A DNA stretch of 64,000 bases from Candidatus Freyarchaeum deiterrae (GCA_037305845.1 CP147778.1:160001-224000), one strand, 5' to 3'. Counted from the stretch's first letter, positions 15,920-27,054 are shown. Notes: generated from the letters alone by a model not told the origin. Translations and numbers: made by a program.

Positions 15920-17134
15920 TTAGTATTTGTAGAATCCTTCTTTGGAATTTTTTCCGAGCTTTCCTTCCTTCACCATCTTTCTGAGGCTGGGGTGCACGTC
16001 AAGAAGCACTTTTAGACCGTCTATCTTGCCGTACTTCTTGTTCATTTCATCGAGTTTTTGAACGACTACGTCTATGCCTAGACTGTCAGCTAGTTGGAGC
16101 ATTCCGAAGGGCAAGTTGAATCCCAGCATTACGGCTTTGTCCGCATCTTGGGGGCTGGCTACGCCGTCGGCTACTACTTGTGCTGCTCGGTTAATAGAGA
16201 TGTAGGCTATCATCATGGGATCAAATTTGTCAGCTATGTTTTGGTTCCATTCTGGTGGAATGCGCCACGTTTTATCGGGATACGTGTAGAATCCTTTGCC
16301 GGTTTTTACTCCGAGTTCTTTTTTCTTCATTTTCTCTTCTAGTATGGGTGCGACCTTGAATGGTGGTTCTTTTTCTTCGAAGGTTTTCTGAACATGGTAA
16401 CCCACGTCGACGCCTACGAAGTCCAATAGGCCGAAGCTTCCCATTGGGCTACCCTGTTTGAAGTGGCCGGCTGAGTCTATCTCTGCAGGGGTGAAGAGTT
16501 TCTCACTCACGAGCCAGGCTAGGAAGTTACTTCCCGGGTTCGTAATTCGGTTTGCGATGAATCCTGGAACGTCTTTCATGCAGTAAACGGCTTCTTTTCC
16601 AATTTTTTTCGCTAGTTGGAATGTGATTTCAGCTGTTTCCTTGCTGGTCTTGGGTTGGTATATAACTTCAACAAGTCTCATCAACTGTGGTGGGCTGAAA
16701 AAGTGCATTCCCACAACCTTGTCTGGTCTCTTGGTAACCTTAGCCATGTCTGTTACTGAAAGGGCACTGGTGTTTGTTGCCAGTATTGCTTGCTTGGGAG
16801 CTGCCGCATCTATTTCTTTGAAAGTGTCCTCCTTGAGTTTGAGAATCTCCGGGATAGCTTCTACCACAATGTCGGCTTTTTTCACTGAGGCTTTCAAGTC
16901 TGTGGTAGTAGTTATTCTTGCCAAAGCTGCGTTCATAGCATCTTGTGTTATTTTGTTCTTCTCGGCAAGCTTGCCGAGGCTCCATTTAATCTTTCCTACA
17001 CCGTCGTCTAGGAATTTCTGTTCAATGTCTCGTATGACTACATTATAACCCGCAGCGGCGAAGAGTTGGGCTATTCCGTGGCCCATTAGTCCTGCACCAA
17101 GAACTGTAACATTCTTGACATCTTCCATCTTCAT
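15920..17134 (-). CDS. 3-hydroxyacyl-CoA dehydrogenase (paralog of 13658..14887)
   Basis: VLGAGLMGHGIAQ, EAIPEILKLK, NTSAL, GMHFFSP, PGFIANR. Confidence 0.93.
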   Translation of the reverse strand: MKMEDVKNVTVLGAGLMGHGIAQLFAAAGYNVVIRDIEQKFLDDGVGKIKWSLGKLAEKNKITQDAMNAALARITTTTDLKASVKKADIVVEAIPEILKLKEDTFKEIDAAAPKQAILATNTSALSVTDMAKVTKRPDKVVGMHFFSPPQLMRLVEVIYQPKTSKETAEITFQLAKKIGKEAVYCMKDVPGFIANRITNPGSNFLAWLVSEKLFTPAEIDSAGHFKQGSPMGSFGLLDFVGVDVGYHVQKTFEEKEPPFKVAPILEEKMKKKELGVKTGKGFYTYPDKTWRIPPEWNQNIADKFDPMMIAYISINRAAQVVADGVASPQDADKAVMLGFNLPFGMLQLADSLGIDVVVQKLDEMNKKYGKIDGLKVLLDVHPSLRKMVKEGKLGKNSKEGFYKY

Positions 17135-17323
17135 TCTCCATCACCAAAATTCAATCTATAGTTAGTATGCGAGAATTGACGGAATCTCACATATATAGAT
17201 TTCGGAAAGAAAAACCCTGCCCAAAGCATTTCCTACATTCAAAACTTCGATAATTGTTTAATTCTGGAAGTTTCACGAGATTCATTTTTAACCTAATGGG
17301 GCAGGAACAAAAATTTAACATCT

Positions 17324-17662
17324 TTATCCCGCAGCCCTTAGAGTGTAGAGCTTGAGCCGCTTGGAAAAGTAGTCAATTATCTCATTCTCTCTCTCTGGAC
17401 TATCCGCCTTTACATCTATTTTAACGGTTGTGAAAGCAATCTTACCAAAACCCTTGGAGATAACAGGAACTTGCATCTTTTCATAAACTACCTCAGCCGT
17501 TATAACAGCGTCAGATAGCTTGGCCTCATAGTTTTTAACCAGCTTACTATCTTCAGAACCAGATTCCTTAACATCCTTAATGCTAGCACCAAGCTCGCCT
17601 AGAATCATTTCGACATACTGCCACACGCCGTAAATATAACGGTACTCTTTCTCTAGCCTCAT
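17324..17662 (-). CDS. Hypothetical protein downstream of aor
   Basis: 112-aa ORF co-oriented with aor, GGTG-type SD, ends in RAAG. Confidence 0.7.
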   Translation of the reverse strand: MRLEKEYRYIYGVWQYVEMILGELGASIKDVKESGSEDSKLVKNYEAKLSDAVITAEVVYEKMQVPVISKGFGKIAFTTVKIDVKADSPERENEIIDYFSKRLKLYTLRAAG

Positions 17663-17711
17663 AAAAACACCAGAAAAAAGGTTCCATTTAAAAAAAAGGG
17701 AAAAGAGAGGT

Positions 17712-19511
17712 TTAAATTCCTAGTTCTTTTAGCTTCTTCTTCGTGGGCACGCCGTTTGCGTCCCAACCCCTGAGCTTATAGTACTTGGGCAGCATTTCTG
17801 CAAGCTTCACAACATAGCCCTTCGACGGACCTTCGGGCATCGGTTCCTTGAGAAACCTTGGTGGTAGGGTGTCGTCTTCAGATGTGAAGCCCGCCTTAAT
17901 GTTGAACAGTCTCTCAATATTCCAGATGCGGTCGCCTATCGTCATTATCTCGTCTGCAGTGAAGTCAAAACCGGTTCCCGATGCAAGTAAGGCTGCGTAT
18001 TCTGTGGCCCCGAGTGCGAAGGATGTGAACAGGCACATGCCGCTTGAGTCTATAACCGCTGTTAGGTCTTGGAAGTTTTTAACCCAGACTTCTTTTCCTT
18101 CTGTAGAGAAGCGGTCCAGTTTTTCGGGTACTCCGAGGATTTCGGGTGAAATCATGTAGCCACGAACATGGTTGCCGCCGGTATTGTTAGTAGCGTAGTG
18201 CAGTCCGTGCCCTTGAATTCCACGTACGTCATACGCTGGCGTCTCCTCGCCCTTCACGCTCATTGAAAGTTCAGGTGCACCGTATTTTTCGGCGAGTCTC
18301 AGTGAGCCCTCTGCGAGATCATTTCCGAATCCTTCTCTCTGCGCGGTTTTTTGTGTAAGTTCAACTATAGCGTCCATGTCGCCCCATTTCAGTTCTCTAC
18401 CAGCTTTATCCTTCTTGAGTTTGCCTCTTTGGTATAGCTCCATGGCGCATCCAATGGTGCTTCCCATAGATATGGTGTCAAGTCCTAGCTCATTGCACAA
18501 GTAGTTCGCCTTAGAGATGGGAGCAAGGTCATTTACTCCGCATTGTGGACCAAAGGCCCAGATGGTTTCGTACTCTGGTCCCTCTCCTGCGGATTTGTAT
18601 TTTCCGGTTTTTATGTCTGTTACTCTTCCGCAGCCGATGGGGCATGAGAAGCACGCGGATCTCTTAGTGAGAATGGTTTTCTCCATGGTTTCTCCGCTTA
18701 CTTTATCCGCATCGGGGAAGACTCCAGTTTGATAGTTTCTTGTTGGTAAAACTCCGTTCTCATTGATTATGTTAACGAGCACCGCAGTGCCATAGGTGGG
18801 TAATCCCTGTCCCGTTATTGCGTGTTCTTTGACTTTTTTAAGAGAATCATCATGCGCCTTCGTGAACGCTTCCTTGTCTGCAACCTCAACCTTCTTGGTT
18901 CCCTTTACCGCTATGGCTTTAAGGTTCTTACTACCCATAACCGCGCCCGTTCCGCCTCTTCCGGCGGCTCTGTCATTATCGTTTATCACACACGCAATTT
19001 TGACAAGCTTCTCCCCAGCGGGTCCGATGCTAGCCACCCGGTATTCTTTGCCTAATTCCTTTTTTAACGCTTCGGTGGTCTGGTGTGTATCGAGTCCCCA
19101 GAGTTTCTCGGCTGATTTTAATTCGGGGGTACCGTCAGTTATCTGTAGATACATTGGTTTTTTGGCTTTACCTTCGAAAACTATGACTTCTACTCCTGCT
19201 CTTCTGAGATAAGCGGCCCACTCTCCACCAGAGTTGGCACCAGTTATTGTTCCGGTTAGAGGTGACTTGCAGGATACTTCGTATCGCCCACCAGTCGGCG
19301 CTGCTGTTCCGCTCAATGGACCTGCGGCGAATATTAGTTTATTATCTGGACTGTAGGCGTCTATGGTGGGGTCTACCTCATCGTAGAGTATTTTTGCTGA
19401 GAGACCTCTGCCTCCGATATATTTTCTGCTCATCTCATCAGATATTGGTGATGTTTTCATATCCCCAGTTGTAAGGTTTACTCTTAACATAGTTCCCTTA
19501 TATTTAGCCAT
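17712..19511 (-). CDS. aor: Tungsten-dependent aldehyde:ferredoxin oxidoreductase
   Basis: YIGGRGL, KSPLTG, AAGRGGTGAVMGSKNLKAI, CFSCPIGC, GPEYET, GLDTIS, DDTLPPRF. Confidence 0.95.
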   Translation of the reverse strand: MAKYKGTMLRVNLTTGDMKTSPISDEMSRKYIGGRGLSAKILYDEVDPTIDAYSPDNKLIFAAGPLSGTAAPTGGRYEVSCKSPLTGTITGANSGGEWAAYLRRAGVEVIVFEGKAKKPMYLQITDGTPELKSAEKLWGLDTHQTTEALKKELGKEYRVASIGPAGEKLVKIACVINDNDRAAGRGGTGAVMGSKNLKAIAVKGTKKVEVADKEAFTKAHDDSLKKVKEHAITGQGLPTYGTAVLVNIINENGVLPTRNYQTGVFPDADKVSGETMEKTILTKRSACFSCPIGCGRVTDIKTGKYKSAGEGPEYETIWAFGPQCGVNDLAPISKANYLCNELGLDTISMGSTIGCAMELYQRGKLKKDKAGRELKWGDMDAIVELTQKTAQREGFGNDLAEGSLRLAEKYGAPELSMSVKGEETPAYDVRGIQGHGLHYATNNTGGNHVRGYMISPEILGVPEKLDRFSTEGKEVWVKNFQDLTAVIDSSGMCLFTSFALGATEYAALLASGTGFDFTADEIMTIGDRIWNIERLFNIKAGFTSEDDTLPPRFLKEPMPEGPSKGYVVKLAEMLPKYYKLRGWDANGVPTKKKLKELGI

Positions 19512-19846
19512 AAAAAATCCTCCCTAATTTATAAAAAGTCTGTTTAAATACAAGTATATTTTAACTTATAAACAATCGTTATGTATAAACATACATATCG
19601 TGAACAGATGATTATCCCAAAAAAGATAGAGAAATGAATTAGGATCGCCCCAACTGAACCCTTTATCATAACACATCTGCTTTTTTTCTTTTTCTTCTTT
19701 GTTAAAGTATATTCTTTTCTGGTTTGATTTTTGTTTAAGGAGGGGCTCCTTTTTTCTTTTTAACATCGTTGATTGGTGAAGTTTTAAAACTTTACAATAG
19801 TTAATTTTATATAATGGCACTTGGTTATATCCTCCGAGTGATTATT

Positions 19847-20644
19847 ATGGAAAACAGGTTAGAATGTTTATTCTGCGGGGATACTCTATCCCCCGATGAG
19901 AAGAGTGCGTACTGCTCAAAATGCCTCTTGGGTTTAAACTTTGAACTGAAGGAAGAAGACCTAAGAAAAATTTACGAACATTTGAAGTATATATTGGACT
20001 CCTTCGGCTCAGATATCCACGCAGCATTCGTAAAGGACCCCGCAGCTCGAAGCTTGGTAGAGGTTCTAACCGCTTATCCCGGAATACAGGCCGTTCTGTT
20101 ACACCGTGTAGCACACTTCTTTTATGAAGTTGGGCTTCCTTTCGTTCCTCGATACATTTCACATATAGCAAGACAAATAACTGGCATTGAAATTCATCCC
20201 GGAGCCACAATTGGGAAAGACTTCTTTATAGATCACGGTTCCGGTACAGTAATAGGGGAAACAGCTGAAGTCGGAGATAATGTGACGATTTACCAGGGAG
20301 TAACTCTTGGAGGAACCAGCCTTTCACGAGGAAAAAGACATCCCACACTTGGAAACAACATTGTGGTCGGAGCTGGAGCTAAGGTTCTTGGGCCAATAAA
20401 AATTGGTGATAACGTGAGAATAGGAGCGAACTCCGTAGTCACAAATGATGTCCCTCCAAACTCGGTAGTGGTAGGAGTTCCGGGAAGAATTGTGTCAAGA
20501 GAAGGAAAGAAAATACCCAGAGTGGATTTGCAGCATGGCGACTTACCGGATCCAATTATTGATATGATAAAGTCCATGCAAGACAAAATTAACGAACTAG
20601 AAGATGAAGTAAGAAAGCTCAAAAAGAAAAAGGAGGAGGAATAA
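19847..20644 (+). CDS. cysE: Serine O-acetyltransferase with N-terminal CxxC..CxxC extension
   Basis: [33 protein letters not shown] hexapeptide repeats; likely start ATG 19847. Confidence 0.93.
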   Translation: MENRLECLFCGDTLSPDEKSAYCSKCLLGLNFELKEEDLRKIYEHLKYILDSFGSDIHAAFVKDPAARSLVEVLTAYPGIQAVLLHRVAHFFYEVGLPFVPRYISHIARQITGIEIHPGATIGKDFFIDHGSGTVIGETAEVGDNVTIYQGVTLGGTSLSRGKRHPTLGNNIVVGAGAKVLGPIKIGDNVRIGANSVVTNDVPPNSVVVGVPGRIVSREGKKIPRVDLQHGDLPDPIIDMIKSMQDKINELEDEVRKLKKKKEEE

Positions 20645-20649
20645 TAAAA

Positions 20650-21603
20650 ATGGGAAGGATTTTCAACGATATTACTGAAACAATTGGAGGAACACCTCTA
20701 GTAAAGCTGAAAAGATTAACTCAGAATATCAAACCGAACATTTTGGCAAAACTGGAAAGTGCTAACCCTGGTGCTAGTGTAAAAGACCGAATTGCGATAT
20801 CTATGATTAAAGCTGCTGAGGAGAAAGGATTAATAAATTCCGAGACCGTCATAGTGGAACCCACATCGGGAAACACTGGAATAGGTCTGGCAATGGTGTG
20901 CGCCGCTCGCGGATATAAACTAGTTCTAACCATGCCCGAATCAATGTCAGTGGAGCGGAGAAAAATTCTCCAAGCCTACGGTGCCCAACTTGTTCTAACA
21001 CCAGCTGCTCAAGGAATGTCCGGAGCGATTCAAAAAGCACAAGAAATAAAGGAAAACGATGAAAAGGCATTCATTCCTCAACAGTTCGAGAACCCCGCGA
21101 ATCCTCAGATACACAGAATTACCACCGGTCAAGAAATCCTTGATGACACTGGGGGCAAGGTTGACGCCTTTGTAGCTGGAGTAGGCACCGGAGGAACAAT
21201 AACTGGTGTAGGAGAAGTCTTAAAGCAGAAAATAGGTCCGCAGGTTAAAGTGTTTGCTGTTGAGCCGGAAGATTCCCCTGTTTTATCAGGAGGAAAAAAG
21301 GGACCCCACAAAATTCAGGGTATAGGAGCAGGATTCGTCCCGCAAATTTTGAACATGAAGGTAGTGGACGAAGTGGTGAAAGTGAGTTTCAAGGATGCGG
21401 TGGAAACCTCAAGGAAACTGGCAAGACTGGAGGGAATATTTGTCGGCATCTCATCCGGAGCCGCTATGTGGGCTGCGTTAAAAATAGCTGAACGATTCAA
21501 AAAGGGCCAAAACATAGTTGTAATACTACCAGATACTGGTGAAAGATATCTCTCCACCGAATTGTGGCAGTTTGAGCCACCGGCTGAATCCGGGGCGATT
21601 TGA
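20650..21603 (+). CDS. cysK: Cysteine synthase A (O-acetylserine sulfhydrylase)
   Basis: SVKDRIA PLP lysine, [32 protein letters not shown]. Confidence 0.96.
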   Translation: MGRIFNDITETIGGTPLVKLKRLTQNIKPNILAKLESANPGASVKDRIAISMIKAAEEKGLINSETVIVEPTSGNTGIGLAMVCAARGYKLVLTMPESMSVERRKILQAYGAQLVLTPAAQGMSGAIQKAQEIKENDEKAFIPQQFENPANPQIHRITTGQEILDDTGGKVDAFVAGVGTGGTITGVGEVLKQKIGPQVKVFAVEPEDSPVLSGGKKGPHKIQGIGAGFVPQILNMKVVDEVVKVSFKDAVETSRKLARLEGIFVGISSGAAMWAALKIAERFKKGQNIVVILPDTGERYLSTELWQFEPPAESGAI

Positions 21604-21604
21604 G

Positions 21605-22030
21605 TTGAGGATATTAATGCTTCACGTGGATTACTTCAGTTCTACGGTAGCTAAAAGGGGTAGATCGAAAGTCGTCGAAACCCCTTCTTCTAAGAGTATG
21701 AAGGTAGAAGAAGCGCTCCTGGTTCTCATCAATGTTGAGAAACAGGACGAAGCCAACCCCGAGGATATATCGAGAAAAACTGTTGAGGAAGTAGCAAAGC
21801 ATGGTAATCAGCTCAAGGTGAACACGATAGTTCTCCACCCCTTTGCTCATCTGTTTGGGGAACCCAGTGAACCCGAGGTGGCTATAGAGATAATGAAGCT
21901 CATGGAGGAAGACCTTGTACAAAAAGGCTTCAGTGTTGCGAGGACTCCCTTTGGCTGGTTCAACACTTGGGAACTGAGAACGAAAGGCCATCCATTATCA
22001 AGGGTTGCAAGAAAAATTTCTGTAGACTAA
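21605..22030 (+). CDS. Stand-alone archaeal-type threonyl-tRNA synthetase editing domain (DTD-like fold)
   Basis: MRILMLHVDYF (TTG 21605), HPFAHL, PFGW, KGHPLS; no catalytic or anticodon-binding domain. Confidence 0.85.
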   Translation: MRILMLHVDYFSSTVAKRGRSKVVETPSSKSMKVEEALLVLINVEKQDEANPEDISRKTVEEVAKHGNQLKVNTIVLHPFAHLFGEPSEPEVAIEIMKLMEEDLVQKGFSVARTPFGWFNTWELRTKGHPLSRVARKISVD

Positions 22031-22086
22031 CGCGGATATTATGATTGAGAAACCGTAAAGGTAGAAGAATGAAGCCTCAGCTTCCA

Positions 22087-22365
22087 TTAGTATTTCTCTT
22101 TTTCGTTTTCCCATGTTTTCTTTTCTTTTTCGAATTCTTTTTTCATGATTTGCCCTTTTTCTTTTTTATCGATTTTTTGTTTGGTTTTTTCTAATTGTTT
22201 CCTTAGGGGCAGATAGTATTTTCCCAACAAATCTACTATTTCTTTTTCGGGCATATCAGTCATGTTTGAAACGGTTTTAACTGATTTGAACTGTTTATAG
22301 AGTTTGTAAAGTCTTTTTGCTAGAAGCTTCTCCCTAATCTCAACTCTTTCCTTTTTAACCATCAT
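22087..22365 (-). CDS. Small basic hypothetical protein, possible HTH
   Basis: Lys-rich 92 aa with SVKTVSNMTDMPEKEIVDLL helix-turn-helix-like pattern; GAGGG SD. Confidence 0.6.
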   Translation of the reverse strand: MMVKKERVEIREKLLAKRLYKLYKQFKSVKTVSNMTDMPEKEIVDLLGKYYLPLRKQLEKTKQKIDKKEKGQIMKKEFEKEKKTWENEKEKY

Positions 22366-22467
22366 TCTTTAACCCCTCTTAAATGCCTTCTAAGTAAATT
22401 TTCTTGCTCCCTATATGGAGGTATTTACTTCAGTATAAATATTAGTATCGGAAATTTAGAAATAGCT

Positions 22468-23877
22468 TTACTTCGTTTTTTGGTTCACTTTGAGAGTCTC
22501 TTTTTGTTTTTTCTTGCCCTTTTGCGTCTTCTGTTTTTCCGTTTTCTTTCTTGTCCTTGTCACCAGAAATACTAGTGCGATTATCGGAGGTATGAATGTT
22601 GCTCCTGTGATGAATACCGCGTTTAGACCTATTGAAAGGTACAAAGGTGTGTAAACTGTTGGTGCTGCTGCGTAGCCTAGGAATCTCATCCCATTGAAAA
22701 TCGATGAGGATGTGCCTCTTCTTTCTGGGGGCACAAAGTCTACTGTTAGAGACAGAAGCGAGGGCCACACTAAAGAAATTCCACTTACCAGGAGCATCAT
22801 AAAAACTAGAAAGTTTATAAAAATCCCACTATAAATCAACTTGAAAAGAGTCTGAATGATTATTCCGCCATAAATCGATCCGAAAAGGGTCTGAATAAAC
22901 TGAAGATTCAGAAAATTCTCACCAGTTATCGACACACCCTGACTCACAATGGTTAAAGCATTTGGTATGTATCCGAGAGGGAAGGCTGGCCCAGAGTAAG
23001 TTGTTACACGGGCTAAGGCGATTAGGGAACACCCGACAATTATAAAACCTGTAATTGGAATCTTTCGTTTTCCGAGCCTTCCAGTTAGAATACCCGCTAG
23101 GGATGAAACAAAAACACCCACAAAACCACTTGTTGAGAGAATTATCCCTATCGTGTTCGGATCCAAGTAGTAGGGAAAGACAGAAAGCCCGTTTGAGGAT
23201 ATGGACAAAACTGCTATGTAGGAGAAGAAAGTAAAGAATCCGATAACACCCAGAGTGAGAACACTCCTGTACCTTAAAGTATCTCTGAGAGCCTCGACAA
23301 CTTCACCTGCGCTTCCACCCTCCTTAACAGGGATTCCTCTCAGACTAAACAAGGAGTATACGAATAAGCTCGACGAAAAAACCGCCAATGCCAAAAAGAG
23401 GAGACGCCACTGATTAGCCATGAGACCTCCTATTAAAGGTCCCAGAGCTATACCAGCATTGATAGCTGCGCCATAATAACCCATATACTTACTCCTATTG
23501 GAGAAGTCTGTTAAATCCCCAATCAACGCTACCAAAACCGGACCTGCAAGCGCCATTCCAATTCCCTGTAAAACTCTAGTTGCTATGAAAAACCAAATAC
23601 TTGTGGAAAAAGGTGTGAGGGCTAAGCCAGCTATCATGATTAATATGCCGCCCGTTATGAGTTTTCTTCTCCCATAAACATCCGATATGCCTCCTGAGAA
23701 GAACTGCCCTATAGCGTATGGAATCTGAAAAAGAGTAAACGAGAGCAAAACCAGAGAAACGTTAGTAGTAAAATCATTCTCTAAATTCGTGATCATAGGC
23801 AAAATTAGGTTTCCAGTGAAGGGAGCAATTGCACCAGCGAGATAGATAAAAATGAACCTATGATCGATTTTAGGCAT
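22468..23877 (-). CDS. MFS transporter (DHA1-like)
   Basis: GGISDVYGRRK motif A, RVLQGIG, GPLIGG, many TM segments. Confidence 0.92.
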   Translation of the reverse strand: MPKIDHRFIFIYLAGAIAPFTGNLILPMITNLENDFTTNVSLVLLSFTLFQIPYAIGQFFSGGISDVYGRRKLITGGILIMIAGLALTPFSTSIWFFIATRVLQGIGMALAGPVLVALIGDLTDFSNRSKYMGYYGAAINAGIALGPLIGGLMANQWRLLFLALAVFSSSLFVYSLFSLRGIPVKEGGSAGEVVEALRDTLRYRSVLTLGVIGFFTFFSYIAVLSISSNGLSVFPYYLDPNTIGIILSTSGFVGVFVSSLAGILTGRLGKRKIPITGFIIVGCSLIALARVTTYSGPAFPLGYIPNALTIVSQGVSITGENFLNLQFIQTLFGSIYGGIIIQTLFKLIYSGIFINFLVFMMLLVSGISLVWPSLLSLTVDFVPPERRGTSSSIFNGMRFLGYAAAPTVYTPLYLSIGLNAVFITGATFIPPIIALVFLVTRTRKKTEKQKTQKGKKKQKETLKVNQKTK

Positions 23878-24122
23878 CTCAAAAAGCCACCTTCAGATAG
23901 AAAGTATACCTAAGACTAGAGGTATTATCTTTAAAAATTTTGTTCAATTAGTAATCTAACCAAATTTTCAGCTCAAAAAAGAAATTTCTGTTTTGTTTAG
24001 CCTACGATTCTTAATTCTTTCCTTTTGTTCTTTCACGTCACTCCTAAACATATATACTAAAATAATCTTTATTTATTCGAAAAATCCAAAAGTCAGAGAG
24101 ACAGGGTAAGGAGATAAAAATC

Positions 24123-24974
24123 ATGACGGAAGTAGATTATGGAAAATATAAAAGTGTAATATGTGAAAAGGACGACCACATCTTAACAATCACCATTAAC
24201 AGACCCAAGGTGTTGAACTGCATAGACCCAGAAACCAATCTGGAACTGGCGGACGTCTGGAAAAAATTCCACCTAGACGACGATGCTTATGTGGCGATAA
24301 TAACCGGAGCCGGAAATAAAGCATTCTGCACCGGAGCCGATCTCAAAAACTGGCACCCATACGTGAGAGAACAGAAGGTTAACTATCCTAGAAAAAACGC
24401 TTATCAGGGACCAGGCTTCGGGGGCTATACGAGAGGTATGCAAATCTTTAAACCTATCATAGCTGCGATAAACGGTATGTGCTACGCTGGAGGACTTGAA
24501 GTGGCTCTCGCGGCGGATATGAGGATTTGCTCAGAAGAGGCAAAATTCGGAGTTCTGAACCGAAGATGGAACGTGGGACTGGGAGACGGCGGAACCCAGA
24601 GGCTTTGGAGAGTTGTGGGTCTGGGAAGGGCTTTCGAATTAATTTTAACGGGAAAGGAAATCGATGCAAACGAAGCTTATAGAATTGGTCTGGTTAACGA
24701 GATTGTTCCCAAAGAGAAGGTTTTAGAACGAGCGAAAGAAATAGCCCGAATAATCTGTTCCCACCCCCAAGGCTCAATTAGAACAGACAAGGAAGCAGTA
24801 ATAAGAGGTATCGGAACTCCCCTTGAAGAGGGGCTGAGGATTGAGAGCATGCTGTTCTGGAATCTCTTACTAAACCAAGACTTCTATGAAGGCCCAGAAG
24901 CCTTTAGTGAAAAAAGAAAACCCAAATTTACCAATGAGAGCGAGAAAATAAAAGATGTTCTGAAACATGAGTGA
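24123..24974 (+). CDS. Enoyl-CoA hydratase/isomerase family protein
   Basis: AFCTGADL, KPIIAAING, GGLEVALAADMRI. Confidence 0.92.
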   Translation: MTEVDYGKYKSVICEKDDHILTITINRPKVLNCIDPETNLELADVWKKFHLDDDAYVAIITGAGNKAFCTGADLKNWHPYVREQKVNYPRKNAYQGPGFGGYTRGMQIFKPIIAAINGMCYAGGLEVALAADMRICSEEAKFGVLNRRWNVGLGDGGTQRLWRVVGLGRAFELILTGKEIDANEAYRIGLVNEIVPKEKVLERAKEIARIICSHPQGSIRTDKEAVIRGIGTPLEEGLRIESMLFWNLLLNQDFYEGPEAFSEKRKPKFTNESEKIKDVLKHE

Positions 24975-25023
24975 AAAAATCGGGAAACAAGACAGTAGTA
25001 CTAAGAAAAAAATAAGTTTAAAA

Positions 25024-27054
25024 TTAGGTTTTTTTAAGTTTATCCAGTTTCTCCATGAGGGTCATTAGTTCTTTCTGGAGACTTTCCTTACGCTCTAAAT
25101 CCGAGGAGGTTATGCTTCCCTCAAGTTCTTTCCTGCGCAGCTCCTCTATTTCCTTTCTGACTTCGAGGAACCGGTTCTGGATCTTCTCAATTTTCTCCGC
25201 GTCTTTGGGTTTCACTGGCTTCGCTTCCAGCAGAGAGGGTGTTCGTGCTAGGAATAGGCTGGAGTAGAGATAGTCTTTCTGAACCTTGTCGTACTTGGCT
25301 TCAATCTTATACCGCTCAAGGATATACTTCTTAAAATCGATTTCACCCGAATCGTACCTAGACTTCAGATTTTCAAGCTTCGCCCCATAATTGTTAACCG
25401 TTTTCTGCAGATTCTCCTTATTCCTCGTTAATTTATCTATCTTCTTTCTCTGAAGATTTTGAACCTTCTCAAGGTCGATTAACGAGGCTAGAATGGCGGG
25501 GAAGGACTCCTTAAACTGTGACACATTGCCCTTCCAGTCCTCCAGTTGTTTATAGTGGCTCTGCTCGATTTGTACCAGAAACTCGTGCAGTTTGCTTCTA
25601 ATCCATAGTTCCTCGTCAAGTCCTATATCACCGGTAATGCAGGTTGCGGTGAGCAGCTGGCTCTCTTCTCGTATGAATGTTCCGAATTCCGTGCTGAGTC
25701 TTTTGAGTCCGCCGACCTTCATTTCTTCCAGGAAGGATTTGATTGCGGACATGAATCCTGAGACCAGGGCGATGTCCTGCTCCATAGAAATAAAGTCGAA
25801 AGACCAAATCATGACGCCAGTAGGATTATGGTCAACAAGAATATTCTCCAAGCTCTTCAAAGCATTTAACGGAATCATCCGCTTCTTATACGCCGTCCAG
25901 CCTCCATACCCACCTGCAACAACTGCTCCCAAAGCAATGAAACCTAGTAATATGAAGAAGTTGTTCTGATTATCCTTCGTAAAATTATAATAGGAAAGCA
26001 GAGTTAAGCTCCTCGTGTAGAGCATTCCTAAAACATCAACACCGGAAACCTCTATTGTGACATCGAAAATAAGGGGGCTGAACCAACTATTGGCTACATA
26101 CAAAGTCGCCATGTTCTCAGATATATTAAGAGGCTGCGAAAGATTACCCAAGCCTGCACCCCTTGAGAGATTTTGCACAGCAGTCCCATTTACATTCATG
26201 TTCACATCAGTCGGGAAGGGAGTTTCCCAATAACCCGACTCATTATACACACTAAAACGAACTCTGAGACAATAATCAATACCTCCAAGGGTATGATTTG
26301 TACTATCCGCGTATTCAAAGCTCCAATCTGAACCATTATAATTAAAGGCGTATCCTTTATCGTCGTAAGTTTGACCAGCATTAGTCGCTATTGCGTTATC
26401 AGGAGCGTAGAACCAGAAAACATGATAAGCTGCTGGAATAGACGCATTTATCCCAATAAAGAAGGTATTATTATAAGTATTAATCTCAGGATCGACTTCA
26501 GAAGTATTGTCTGCATAAAAGTCTTTCCACCCTATGGGACCAGTAATCAGAGGAAAATCAACTGTTTTATTAAAGAGAAGAGTGTCCGGTTTTGGGACTG
26601 TATTACCATCGATAGTAGTATTGATAGCATTATAGAAGGATATACTTAAATTAATATATGATGGGGGGGGAGTTATTGGGTAATAGAATAGGTAGAAGCC
26701 TAGGGAGTACAGGTAAGCGCTTTGGTTTTCTGGAAGTTGGATGGACATTGCCCGGGAAAAATTAGTTATATCATTTACTCTTAAGGCGTCCTCCTCCATC
26801 GAAATTGTGGAGTTAGGAGCCCTAACGTTAGAAAAAGTCGTGTTAACGGAGGTAACATCCCACCCATTAGGAATTGGGATTTGGATAGAGTTGGCGGAAC
26901 TTAGGTTATGAAAGGGGCCATAAGTGAATTTTGAACTTGTATCCAAGCCTTGAACTGTTCCATAAGCGGTGTGCGAAGAGGGCTGCAGCATAATAACAGA
27001 AGAAGCAATCACAAGACCAATCAGTAGAGAAATGAGCAAAACTCCTTTTCTCAT
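25024..27054 (-). CDS. Single-pass membrane protein: signal peptide, N-glycosylated ectodomain, TM, longin-like domain, coiled coil
   Basis: N-terminal hydrophobic segment, many NxS/T sequons, TM FFILLGFIALGAVVAGGYGGW, LVSGFMSAIKSFLEE motif, charged heptad-rich tail. Confidence 0.75.
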   Translation of the reverse strand: MRKGVLLISLLIGLVIASSVIMLQPSSHTAYGTVQGLDTSSKFTYGPFHNLSSANSIQIPIPNGWDVTSVNTTFSNVRAPNSTISMEEDALRVNDITNFSRAMSIQLPENQSAYLYSLGFYLFYYPITPPPSYINLSISFYNAINTTIDGNTVPKPDTLLFNKTVDFPLITGPIGWKDFYADNTSEVDPEINTYNNTFFIGINASIPAAYHVFWFYAPDNAIATNAGQTYDDKGYAFNYNGSDWSFEYADSTNHTLGGIDYCLRVRFSVYNESGYWETPFPTDVNMNVNGTAVQNLSRGAGLGNLSQPLNISENMATLYVANSWFSPLIFDVTIEVSGVDVLGMLYTRSLTLLSYYNFTKDNQNNFFILLGFIALGAVVAGGYGGWTAYKKRMIPLNALKSLENILVDHNPTGVMIWSFDFISMEQDIALVSGFMSAIKSFLEEMKVGGLKRLSTEFGTFIREESQLLTATCITGDIGLDEELWIRSKLHEFLVQIEQSHYKQLEDWKGNVSQFKESFPAILASLIDLEKVQNLQRKKIDKLTRNKENLQKTVNNYGAKLENLKSRYDSGEIDFKKYILERYKIEAKYDKVQKDYLYSSLFLARTPSLLEAKPVKPKDAEKIEKIQNRFLEVRKEIEELRRKELEGSITSSDLERKESLQKELMTLMEKLDKLKKT

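Noticed and set aside
21539-21604. ORF-track start of the editing-domain gene inside cysK
   Set aside because: The family N-terminus MRIL..H.DYF begins at TTG 21605.
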